NCBI GenBank assembly: GCA_950097015.1
Contig: CATNEN010000001.1
Location: forward strand, 8,308,001 to 8,372,000
Length of the DNA: 64,000 nt
Reading direction: 5' to 3'
From: Macrostomum hystrix
Lineage: Eukaryota; Animalia; Platyhelminthes
How positions within the stretch are numbered: position 1 is the first letter of the stretch; each line of letters starts with the position of its first letter. A program made the translations under genes and the position numbers. Under the pieces are notes generated by a model. That model did not search any database. It saw nothing but the letters and a program-made list of their open reading frames with translations, and was not told the origin of the DNA. Shown in pieces: positions 1 through 11,374 of this stretch.

Positions 1-2017
1 GGGGGATCATTGTGAACTGGGGGATCATTGTCAACTGGGGATCATTGTCAACTGGGGGAACATTGTCAACTGGGGGATCATTGTCAACTGGGGGATCATT
101 GTCAACTGGGTGATCATTGTCAACTGGGGGATCATTGTCAACTGAGGGATCATTGTCAACTGGGGTATCATTATCAACTGGGGGATCATTGTCAACTTGG
201 GAATGATTGTCAAATGGGTGTTCATTGTCAACTGGGGGATCATTGTCAACTGTGGGATCATTGTCAACTGGGGGATCATTGTCAACAAGGGGATCATTGT
301 GAACTGGGGGATCATTGTCAACTGGGGATCATTGTCAACTGGGGGAACATTGTCAACTGGGGGATCATTGTCAACTGGGGGATCATTGTCAACTGGGTGA
401 TCATTGTCAACTGGGGGATCATTGTCAACTGAGGGATCATTGTCAACTGGGGTATCATTATCAACTGGGGGATCATTGTCAACTTGGGAATGATTGTCAA
501 ATGGGTGTTCATTGTCAACTGGGGGATCATTGTCAACTGGGAGATCATTGTCAACTGGGGGATCATTGTCAACTGGGGGATCATTGTCAACTGGGGTATC
601 ATTATCAACTGGGGGATCATTGTCAACTTGGGAATGATTGTCAACTGGGGGATCATTGTCAACTGGGGGGATCATTGTCAACTGGGGGATCATTGTCAAC
701 TGGGTGATCATTGTCAACTTGGGGATCATTGTCATCTGAGGGATCATTGTCAACTGGGGTATCATTATCAACTGGGGATCATTGTCAACTGGGGGATCAT
801 TGTCAACTGGGGGATCATTGTCAACTGGGGGATCATTGTCAACTGGGTGATCATTGTCAACTGGGGGATCATTGTCAACTGGGGGATCATTGTCAACTGT
901 GGGATCATTGTCAACTGGGGGATCATTGTCAACAAGGGGATCATTGTGAACTGGGGGATCATTGTCAACTGGGGATCATTGTCAACTGGGGGAACATTGT
1001 CAACTGGGGGATCATTGTCAACTGGGGGATCATTGTCAACTGGGTGATCATTGTCAACTGGGGGATCATTGTCAACTGAGGGATCATTGTCAACTGGGGT
1101 ATCATTATCAACTGGGGGATCATTGTCAACTTGGGAATGATTGTCAAATGGGTGTTCATTGTCAACTGGGGGATCATTGTCAACTGGGAGATCATTGTCA
1201 ACTGGGGGATCATTGTCAACTGGGGGATCATTGTCAACTGGGGTATCATTATCAACTGGGGGATCATTGTCAACTTGGGAATGATTGTCAACTGGGGGAT
1301 CATTGTCAACTGGGGGGATCATTGTCAACTGGGGGATCATTGTCAACTGGGTGATCATTGTCAACTTGGGGATCATTGTCATCTGAGGGATCATTGTCAA
1401 CTGGGGTATCATTATCAACTGGGGATCATTGTCAACTGGGGGATCATTGTCAACTGGGGGATCATTGTCAACTGGGGGATCATTGTCAACTGGGTGATCA
1501 TTGTCAACTGGGGGATCATTGTCAACTGGGGGATCATGGTCAACTTGGGGATCATTGTCAACTGTGAGATCATTGTCAACTGGGTGATCATTGTCAACTG
1601 GGGAATCATTGTCAACTGGGGGATCATTGTAAACTGGGGGATCATTGTCAACTGTGAGATCATTGTCAACTGGGGGATCATTGTCAACTGGGGGATCATT
1701 GTCAACTGGGGGATCATTGTCAACTGGGGGATCATCATCAACTGGGGGATCATTGTCAACTGTGGGATCATTGTCATCTGGGGGATCATTGTCAACAAGG
1801 GGATCATTGTCAACTGGGGATCATTGTCAACTGGGGGTTCATTGTCAACTGGGGGATCATTGTCAACTGGGGGATCATCATCAACTGGGGGATCATTGTC
1901 AACTGGGGATCATTGTCAACTGGGGGTTCATTGTCAACTGGGGGATCATTGTCAACTGGGGGATCATCATCAACTGGGGGATCATTGTCAACTGGGGGAT
2001 CATTGTCAACTGGGGGT
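1..2017 (+). repeat. 18-bp tandem satellite (consensus GGGGGATCATTGTCAACT) with higher-order structure
   Basis: Directly visible monomers. The pattern of variant monomers recurs at offsets of 287 bp and 647 bp (near-identical translated strings start at 28/315/962 and 484/1131). Confidence 0.98.
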
Positions 2018-2088
2018 TTATTTTAGCTTTAAAAAGCTGTAAATTCAGCTGCTAAACAGTATATACAAGACGAATTAAAAATATTTCT

Positions 2089-2118
2089 GCTCCCCGAAGG
2101 GGGGCAAAACATGCTAGT
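2089..2118 (+). mobile_element. Helitron 3' terminus (hairpin + CTAG|T)
   Basis: GCTCCCC-GAA-GGGGGGC hairpin at 2089-2105, followed by CTAG at 2114-2117 and then T. This is the canonical Helitron 3' end. Confidence 0.85.
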
Positions 2119-2520
2119 ATATATACTAAAAATGAAATGGTTGCTTGCTTGCTTGGTTGCTTGTAATTGATTTTCTCCCGAACGGCTCAGCTGATTTTCA
2201 CCATTTCTTCACCAAAAGATGCCAAATATGGGGACAATTATACACGTATTTTTATTAAGCTTTAATTTATTTCTAAGGGGATTAAATATTCGAAAAACTG
2301 TTTTAGATAGGATTTTTAATGCATTACATCAGAGCCAGTTTTGTCAACGTGCATTTCGCTGCCAATTTTAATGATTGCATCAGGGCCAGAATTTCACTGA
2401 CTGCCGCTGAATTGGAATTGCATCGTCAACTTGCGCATCACCCCCTCGCTGACTGAGTTAGAAGCCTGCACAATCTGGTCACAAATTTGAAATAAATGTA
2501 CACACCTAAGTGTACTCTAT
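2119..2520 (+). mobile_element. Helitron 5' region directly abutting the previous 3' end
   Basis: TATACTAAAAATGAAATG, then a (GCTT)n tract, then GAACGGCTCAGCTGATTTTCACCATT, the layout of animal Helitron 5' ends. Homologous in inverted orientation to 7757-7970 and 16650-16738. Confidence 0.75.
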
Positions 2521-2701
2521 TGATGATGTCACTGATATCAGTGATACTGGTAAATCTGATAAGAATTTCACTGTGTCAAAAGTACATAGCTGTGTCAAAA
2601 GTGCATAGCTGTGTCAAGCCCCCTGGCGAGACAGTCAGTGCAAATTTATAAATAGATTACATCACAGCTTTCTCACTGGCTGGCGCAGACCAGCGTACAT
2701 T

Positions 2702-2974
2702 GTGAACCCTCTGCCCCGGAATTTGGACGCACGGGATGCTCAGCGCAGAGATGCTGAGACTGAGGCAGAGTGGGCTGCACGACTGGAAGAACAGCGGCAG
2801 CGGGATGCTCAGCGCAGACATGCTGTGACTGAGGCAGAGTGGGCTGCCCGACTGGAAGAACAGCGGCAGCGGAATGCTCAGCGCAGAGAGGCTGAGACTG
2901 AGGCAGAGTGGGCTGCCCGACTTGAAGCCGATCGGATTCGTCGCCGTGGATGCCTGCAGTGGATACAGTGGTGA
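2702..2974 (+). pseudogene. Fragment with three 20-aa ETEAEWAARLEEQRQRDAQRR-type repeats, resembling the charged N-terminal repeats of Helitron ORFs (STPR-like)
   Basis: 60-bp tandem repeat that keeps frame, lying just inside a Helitron 5' end. Confidence 0.5.
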
Positions 2975-4589
2975 ATCATGTGTGCTAAAATGTTTTGTGT
3001 CTATAGTTTATTTATTTCGCTATTTCAGCTCTGCGGGCCACGGCATGGCGAAGACATGATTGACCAATAACTGCATTATGATTGACCAATGACTGCATTA
3101 TGATTGACTAATTACTGCATTATAATTTACTAATAACGGCATTATGGTTGTGCAATTTTGTTTGACTATGCTATGCTTTGTGAAATATTTACTATGAATA
3201 ATGATAAAAGCCTTACCTAACAGCCTTATGTAAATAAATTGTGAAAAAGAGGCACATGTTTCAGTAAAGCCAATACCGTAAAAAGTTCTGACGGGTGAAT
3301 ATTTCTACTGACAGTAGAGTAACAGACATCAGGATGTAAATGTGTTATTATATAAAGTCCACACAGTGGAGTGTGTATACATAAAAGTTTCTTTTATGTA
3401 TTTATCTACGTGTCTATCAATCTGTCTATCAGTCTAGCAGTCTGTCAATGTATCTGTCAACTATCATACAAATCTGTCATACTGTCATTCAGATCTGTCT
3501 TCGGTCATACAAACTGATTTAGACACAGCTGCGAAACTGATTTAGGCACAGCTGATTTAGGCAAAGCTGCGAAACTTATATGAATCAAACTGGTTGAATC
3601 AGCCATTGATATTAGCTAATACATTGCAAACTATCAAGATGGGATCTGATTTGAAATGCACTCGTATTCAAAAAGGGATTTGATTTAAAGTGGGATTTGA
3701 CAATGCGAATGAGGCATGTGAGAAAATAAAAAAGTTTGCTGAGGAGTGTGACTAGAAAGGAGAAGGGGAAATAATGTGAAAATTGAGCAATGAAACTATA
3801 GAATAAAAAGAATCAAAGGAGAAAAGGTAGAACTGAGCTTCTGAGATTAGATTTAAACTGGAACAGCATAGGACAACAATTTATTACCGTAGATATTATT
3901 TGATATATCTACAAGCAGAATGGGATCTGATTGAAAATAGGATATGATTCAAATTGGGATTTGATGAGAATGAGTACCTCTGAGTTCTGCAAATGTATGA
4001 AGTTTCAGATCAGCAGATCTGTAAGTCTTTAAGACTGATTATCGCTAGCTGACAAACTGACTATTGTTGTGACAAACTGATAGTCTGCTCAGTTCCTGAA
4101 ATGCGCCTTCTCTGTTCTATGCAGTGTATTTTAAATCGCATGAAAGTTTGCAACGAAATGGTTCCTCTGGCATGAATCAATTTTCCCTTCCTGTACTTTG
4201 ATTATAAAACTTCTCAGTTCAACAAATAATCACTGTGAGATCTGCATAGTGTGCTATTTTCACTCTAAGATTAGCCAATATCTCCCAGTTTAGCAAGTAT
4301 CCTCAGATCTTGAAATGCGCCTTCTTTGTTCTATGCAGTGTTTTAAATCGCATGAAAGTTTGCAACGAAATGGTTTCCCTTGCATGAATTAATTTTCCCT
4401 TCCTGTACTTTGATTATAATACTGTGTTAATCCAAGCGAAAAAAATGAGTCTGTAGTAATCGTAAATGTAAGCAAATAATAATTTAAATTATCACTAAGA
4501 TTTATTTTGAGTTCATTTTATTTTAACTAAATGAATTATTTAATTAAGTATATTTAATTTATATTTAATTTAATAAATTAATTAACAAG

Positions 4590-5100
4590 TTAATTTTTTC
4601 GTGGCTTTGTGCTGTTGCTGCTGTGGTTGCTGCTACTTTTTGTGCTGTTGCTGCTGTTGTTGCTGCTACTGCTGTTGCTCTGCTGCTGCTGCTTCTGCTG
4701 CTTCTGCTGCTCCTGCTGCTTCTGCTGCTCTTGCAGGCGCAAACTACGGAGCTGTTCCTGAAGCCGTAATTCTTCTTGACGTTCTTGCTGCTGTCTTTCA
4801 TGCTGCTGCCGGTGCTCGGCGACGGCGGGGCAGCGGGCGATGCGGTGAGGTCCACCGCAGAGGTAACACGAGACTGTTTTGAGTGTTAAGAATGTTGCAA
4901 TGAGTGTTAGAATTCTACCAAGTTTAATGTCTAACTGAATGCCTGACGGAAGGACTTCGTAAAAATGAATGACCAAGTAAGGCAGATGTATAGAAGTATA
5001 GGCAGACACAATGTTACTTACTGGGTCCTCTGCGATGGCCTCCTCGACCGCGACGCCCGCCGCCGCCGCCGCCGGCGTAGTAGTTGTGGTTGATTTTCAT
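4590..5100 (-). CDS. Predicted 2-exon gene, about 120 aa: Gly/Arg-rich (RGG-like) N-terminus, CCHC zinc knuckle, Gln-rich tail. Exons 5100-5022 and 4873-4590
   Basis: ATG at 5100. GTAAGT donor at 5021, CTAAC-like branch site, and ACAG acceptor at 4874 join in phase 1 to give MKINHNYYAGGGGGGRRGRGGHRRGPISCYLCGGPHRIARC...QQQ. Confidence 0.65.
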
Positions 5101-5783
5101 CCAGAGCCAATGTTGATCAATTGACAATTTGACAATTTGAGGTGCGTAGTACTTGTGGTTGATTTTCATGGTTGTGGGGCTATTCAATGTTGTACGTCAT
5201 ATAAATACACTCCGCCGTAAGGGCTTGATTTTAAACAGTGCTCAAAACCCTGCAGATAAGCTTGGTCCATTCTGATTGGCTTAAAACTGTTAGGCAGTCC
5301 AAAGTTGTCTCAGCCAGTTTGCGTCTAGAAGTTTTTTGTATCGTCTAGACGTTACGTTGTTGTTGAGGTAGGACAGCTTAATGCTGTGTTATTTGAGATT
5401 GGTGTATATAGTGGGTGGTGTTATGCCATTTTGACTGGCTTAGCTTTATCAGCTCATTAGGGTTTGGAATTGTACCATGGTTAATATCAAAGCTGTTTCT
5501 GATTGATCAGCAGCTTTTGGGCCCACTCCTCACTTATGTTATTGGGGGTGGTGGATTTGAGGGGTCTGGAAGCCAGAGGAGGTTGCCACACCCAATTGAA
5601 AGTGGCGTGACTCATCGCACTTTCAAGTGCACGGTGGGTTGTTGTTTTGAAATGAATAGAGTTATAAGCGACAGCGTTTGTTTTCCACCGACTTTTATAT
5701 CAAAGTAAACAGCCCTGTCTAAGTGCAAAATTTTTGTTTTGTCATTTCCTATACTTTTCTGTATACTTAATAGCAAACGAACG

Positions 5784-6090
5784 ATGGAGTCGCCTGCCGG
5801 ACAAGCCAAGAAGAGCAAAATGTGCGTATCTGCTCTGCTTCCGGGCCTGATGGAGGTTGCTGTCGTCAGCCTGGTGAATATGCTGACGACCATCAAGGAC
5901 TTTGTCGGCAAGGACGGACCGGGCCAAGTGTTCTCCTTCGTCTAAGTGATGACACGGGGGACATTCGAGTGAGCGTGTTTTGCACAGATCTGAGGCCACT
6001 TCTGGACGTCTGCCAAGCCGACGAGGCCGTGCGCATAACCGGAGGTTGGGTGAAGAAGGCAAATTCGGCCTACAACCGTACGGGTAACCC
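5784..6090 (+). pseudogene. RPA70 (RPA1) DBD-A-like OB-fold, 1-bp frameshift near 5942, cut off by satellite
   Basis: Joined frames read VSALLPG..TIKDFVGKDGPGQVFSFV/LSDDTGDIRVSVF..VRITGGWVKKANSAYN, paralleling the RPA70 DBD-A pattern GEGKLFS.ELVDESGEIRATAF..KGTLKIANKQF. Confidence 0.7.
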
Positions 6091-7245
6091 CAGTTGACAA
6101 TAATACTCCAGTTGACAATGATCCCCTTAGTTGACAATAATCCCACAGTTGACAATGATCCCCGAGTTGACAATGATCCCCCCTTGACAATGATCCCCCA
6201 GTTGACAATGATCCCCCAGTTGACAATTATCTCCCAGTTGACTTTGATCCCCCATTGATGATGATCCCCAGTTGACAATGTTCCCCCAGTTGACCATTAT
6301 TCCCTAGTTGGCAATGATCCCCCAGTTGATGATGATCACCCAGTTCACAATGATCCCCAAGTTCACAATTATCCCCCAGTTGACAATATTCCCCCAGTTG
6401 ACCATTATTCTCTAGTTGGCAATGATCCCCCAGTTGATGATGATCACCCAGTTCACAATGATCCCCAAGTTCACAATTATCCCCCCAGTTGACAATGATC
6501 CCCCAGTTGACAATGATCCTCCAGTTGACAATGATCCCCCAGTTGAAAATTACCCTCCCAGTTTACCATGAACACCCAGTCGACGATTATCCCCAGTTCT
6601 GGTTTAGCCATGATTTTAACGCTGGGTTAGCCATGATTCAAACTCTGGTTTTGCCATGATTCAAGCTCTGGTTTAGCCATGATTCAAACTCTGGTTTAGC
6701 AAAAGTGAATTAAAAGTTTCCCCCCTTATTTTCAAAATTAAATAAAAATATGTCGCTTCGCTTCCATCACTACTGACTGACAATTAGTTTAAATGATTTT
6801 ACGCAGTGCAGAGTCGAACCAGGGACACTTCGCCTTGCCTAGCCTAACCTATTCCTAGTGCCTACACATCGGCTACTCCGACTGACATTTACAATGATCC
6901 CGCCCGTTGACAATGATCCCACAGTTGACAATGAACCCCCAGTTGACAATGATCCCCCAGTTGATGATGATCCCCCAGTTGACAATGATCCCCCAGTTGA
7001 CAATGATCATACAGTTGACAATGATCCCCCAGTTGATGATGATCCCCCCGTTGATGATGATCTCCCAGTTGACAATGATCCCGCCCGTTGACAATGATCC
7101 CACAGTTGACAATGATCCCCCAGTTGATGATGATCACCCAGTTGACAATTATCCCCCAGTTTACCATGATCCCCCAGTTGACGATTATCCCCCAGTTTAC
7201 CATGATCCCCATTTTGATGATGACTCCCCAGTTGACGTTGATTTT
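6087..7245 (-). repeat. Two more blocks of the 18-bp satellite in reverse orientation (about 6087-6597 and 6888-7245)
   Basis: AGTTGACAATGATCCCCC monomers, more diverged than the block at 1-2017. Confidence 0.95.
6745..6883 (-). ncRNA. tRNA-like Pol III unit (A box, B box, oligo-T); second copy at about 7590-7683
   Basis: Minus strand reads AGTCGGAG-TAGCCGATGTG...GGTTCGACTC, followed by a TTTTT run. It does not form a full cloverleaf. Confidence 0.45.
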
Positions 7246-7254
7246 TCAAACGCT

Positions 7255-7513
7255 GGGTAAGCCAAGATTCAAACTCAGATTTCGCCATGTTTTAAACCCT
7301 GGTGGGCTATGATTCAAACTCTCGTTTTGCCATGATTCAGACTCTGGTTGACTATGATTCAAACTCTGGTTGGCTATGATTCAAACTCTGGTTTTGCCAT
7401 TATTCAGACTCTGGTTTAGCCATGATTCAGACTCTGCTTTAGCCATGATTCAGACTCTGGTTTAGCCATGATTCAAACTCTGGTTTAGCCATGATTCAAA
7501 CTCTGGTTTAGCC
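7255..7513. repeat. 23-bp tandem repeat AGCCATGATTCAAACTCTGGTTT (second block at about 6598-6700)
   Basis: Directly visible. Confidence 0.92.
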
Positions 7514-7756
7514 GGTGTGCTATGATTATGATATTTTAATTACGAAATGAAAAAAATAAATTAAAATAGTCTTCAATCACTACTGGCTGAAAATTAGTCT
7601 AAATGATGATTTGACGCAATGCAGAATCGAACCCTAGCCTAGCCTAACCTATTCCTAGTGCCTACACATCGGCTATTCCGACTGTTGGTTAGTGGGTGCA
7701 AAAATCTGCCTTATAAAATGAATTCTCAAAGACCTGGCTTTGCACAATGAAGTAAG

Positions 7757-8000
7757 AAAATAGAGTACACTCAGTCTCGCGGTTGGTTGTGTAAATTTAT
7801 TTCCAATTTGTCTCCAGAGTGCAGGCTTCAAATTCAATCAGCTAGGGGTTGTTGCGCAATTTGACGATGCAATTCTAATTCAGTGGCAGTGAGTAAAATT
7901 CTCAATAGTCCAAGATTCTCAATAGTTACAACCAACCAAGCAAGCAAGCATTTCATTTTTAGTATAGTGGACTAGCAAGTTTTGCCCCCCTCCGGGGAGC
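7757..8000 (-). mobile_element. Minus-strand Helitron 3' terminus (hairpin 7984-8000, CTAG 7972-7975) fused to the next Helitron 5' end (7970 downward)
   Basis: Reverse complement GCTCCCC-GGA-GGGGGGC AAAACTTG CTAGT CCACTATACTAAAAATGAAATG(CTTG)n mirrors 2089-2160. Confidence 0.85.
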
Positions 8001-9134
8001 ACAAATATTTTTAATTCGTGCAGTGTATACTTTTTAGCAGCTGTATTTTTTTAAGCTACAATGATGGATGGAGGATGGAATGGAGGATAGCAATTTAGCC
8101 CCCCGTAGGGGGGCACATTTTACAACATGGTGTAAATAGCAATTCAGTGATTTGAGCTAGCAGTATACAATTCGTACTCAATTGTGTTAAAGTACGAAAG
8201 CTAGGCCTTTTGACATTGATAGCTTTCAGCAAAATTTTATTCAATTCCCTCTCGTCGTGACTCAGAAGCGGACAGTCGCATGGCTGCTTTAGGTAAAAAC
8301 CGATTGACGTTGACAACATTGACAAAACATCAACATTGACAAATGATTCAAAAAATCGATGCAAGTGGATAGCAACGTAATTGTTTATAATGAGGTGCGG
8401 TTCTAGTCATATTTTTTACAACATGCAAACTGTCTGCTTCCGTTTTGCATTGGCGTCTATCCATCAGGGTTTTTTGTTAACCGAGAGGGAGGCCCTTCCC
8501 TGATGCAGCAGCAAGCAAATCATAAATCAGGAACCTTTAAAAAATTCATTTGCGAATTGCGTCCTTGAGATTTGAATAGAAAAATGCTTGCTGCTTAGAG
8601 ACCAAGGCAGTCACCAAGTAGAAAAATAGGCAGATAACATTAAAATAGTATAGAAACAATAGCAAAGTTTACTGAATTGGACTTCGCCGAAAAAACAGCA
8701 CTTTACGAAAAACTGTCCCTTGAAGACGGAAGTCTAAACATTGAAAGTAATTGGAAGCATGTGGGCCAATGAATTCGCTGTCATCGTCGATTGACGGCAT
8801 GTCTGTGCGGACAGGTGTGAAAAAATGTCCGTTAAAGACATAAGTTTATAAACATTGGAAGCATGTGGGCCAACGAATTCGCTGTCATCGTCGATTGACG
8901 ATTAAAACGGGATATTTTTAACGGGCACATTTTAGCTTTGGATTAGGCTTACATTCCATTCCTAAACCCACGTGGAATTGTTTATGAGTAGCGTTTATGA
9001 GCTCCGTTTCCAATTGTACATAATTGCTTCCCAAAAATTCAGCTCTCTGTACGAGAATGAGCTATCCCACTGACATTTACCGCTGATGAAATCAAGGGCA
9101 CTCCAACGATAAGTTTCAGAAACTGTTGGTCAGC

Positions 9135-11372
9135 CTAATCTTCAGAAAGCACCTCTGGGTACACAATGTTTCTCGTATTGTTACCGGAAATCCGGATGCG
9201 AACATTGGCTGCATCTTTGGCCCGGGACAGAGCGGTGTACAGCTGGCCGTGGGCGAAGCAGCCTTCCGCCAAGTCGATGCCCACGGTCTCCAGAGACTGG
9301 CCCTGAGCTTTGTGAACCGTCAGGCAGAAGCTGGCCCGGACGGGAAACTGCAGCCTCTTGAAGCACACTGGCAGGTCCGCATTGTTCGGCTGTAGCGGAA
9401 TCCGGGGCAGCAGAATCTCGTCACCAGAGAATTGGCCTGCCGCAACTTTGCACCGCAGCACATTGTCCCCCAGTGCCAGGACAATCAGTCGCGTTCCGTT
9501 GCACAGCCGTGGCGGGTTGATATTTCGCAGAAGCACCACCGGCATGCCCACTTTGAACTTAAGCAGGTGCTTCGGCAAGTTCGGTGCCTCCAATCGGTTG
9601 AGCAGCTCAGGAGGGAAGTGCGTGGCAGAATCCTCATCAGACACGCTGTCGATCGACTTGATCTCCCGCATGCTGCCCGGGAACATGGCCAGGCACTCAT
9701 CGTTGATCGCATCAACGGCCTCGTTATACGGAGCCAAAATTACTCTGCTGGCAAAGTAGGCGTCTCTAGCGTCAGTTGCTTCGAACGAAGGGTAAACGAA
9801 CTCGATCAGGTCCTTCAGGGAGGCACCTGCCGGCATCAGGATCTCAGGCGGAAGCGAAACGTTGCCATCAGAGTCCTCCTCAATAGAACCTGAGCCGATC
9901 TGTGAGGTAAATATTGGTATAAAGCAATCAACTATACTTTCTGTAACTCAAATTAGGAGAAAATTTAGCAAGAGAGTTATATCAAACAAAAGTGCATCAA
10001 AGCAGTGTGTAATTGTAAATAAAAAATTAAGTTTGTGTATTTTTACACCTAAACAAGACGCCTACTAAGAAGCACAAATATACTCTACCAGCTCAGCTCT
10101 AGTCTAGCTACTAAATCCTTGAAAAACGAAAAATGCTCACCTGCATCAGCAACTGCGAGTAACGCTGGCATAACGCAGAAGCGAAACTGCTCTGCAGCCG
10201 AATGTTCCTTTTCAGGCGGTGCCGTCGGAACGATTTCCACAACCTGGACCTGCTAACGCACGCTGCGACGCTGTTTGCCCTGGTTCCATTTTTAACAACT
10301 GGAAGCAACTGACGGAAATCTCCGCTACACACGACGACAATTCCTCCAAATGAAGCATCATTCTTCCGAATGTCTTGCAGAGTCCGGTCCACGGCCTCCA
10401 AGTTGGTCATGGAGACCTCATCCCAGACAATGAGACGCGCGCTCCTGAACACGCCAGCTTGTCGCGACTGGGCACCGACAGAGCAGACGCCTCTTTCTGA
10501 CCTCACCAAACACACCGGAATCTTGAATCTACCAAACAAATATTGCAAGACTTTTAAGTATACGATTTTCACAAAAGTGATTAAATATGCATGATGCCAC
10601 CGATCAATTCATCAACGGAACTCACGCTGAATGCGCCGTCTGTCCTCCCGGCAGCAGTGTGGCTGCAATACCAGACGAAGCGACTGCAATGGCAATTTCG
10701 CACCGGCTGCGCACGAAAGCCAGCAACACCTCTAGCAGAAACGTCTTTCCAGTTCCAGCCGGCGCATCCAGAAAGTGCAGGCCGCCAGAGCCGGTAATCA
10801 CGTCTGCAGTGATGAATTCATACGCAGCTCGCTGCTCGTCAGTCAGCTGTGGCACGCGCATCTCGGCGATCTCGGTCTGTTCGACCGTGTCAGGACCACT
10901 CAGGAATAACTGCAAGCAGGTGCCTCACAGCTCTGGGCATTCGTGACTGCACAGCCTCTGTCAAGCATCTGTGCCAGTGGTCGTCTCGCTGCAGCAAGCC
11001 GAGAGCTATACACGCAGCCCTGGCGTCGTACAGCACGCCATCTACAGTTTGCAGTGCCTCGTAGCTGGTCGGTCCTCGCACGTGCAGCAGCAGGAGGCGG
11101 ATGAAGAAGAGCTCTCCTGCTCTCGGAGATACGGTATACATGCGTGAAATGTTGGTGTTTCGCTTCACTCCCGGATATCCTTCAACATCATCGCCCCGCT
11201 TGGCGCGGCGCCACTCCCTGGCGCTCTGGTGCCAGATGAAGAAGGAAGGCACCTCAGTGTAGAGGAGGCTCCAAGCGAACTCGTCAGTTCGACACAGCTT
11301 AAAGAAAGCGGTTAGCGTTGAATCTCTTGGCGCCGTTGCCCTGGCGCTCGCAGTTGCCTCGTTGAAGTACAC
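9135..11372 (-). pseudogene. Helitron Rep/Hel C-terminal half (PIF1-family SF1 helicase); introns 10625-10529 and 10140-9900; frameshift/deletion near 10900; 5' part replaced by BEL/Pao sequence
   Basis: Motifs TLTAFF, RLLLLHVRGPTSY, Walker A DAPAGTGKT, TAHSA|FKIP across intron 1, Walker B IVWDE, GDFRQLLPV, LLMQ|IGSG across intron 2, LCNGTRL, QFPV..TVHKAQGQS, HGQLYTALSR. Confidence 0.93.
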
Positions 11373-11374
11373 CT

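Noticed and set aside
28-2055. Long ORFs of GDHCQL / WGIIVN / PQLTMI hexapeptides resembling beta-helix repeat proteins
   Set aside because: Translations of an 18-bp satellite. They are open in several frames on both strands, and frequent 17/19-bp monomers shift the frame.
8040-8057. Shared GCTGTATTTTTT(T)AAGCT between the Helitron 3' region and the TIR arm (26282)
   Set aside because: Too short and AT-rich to support a relationship.
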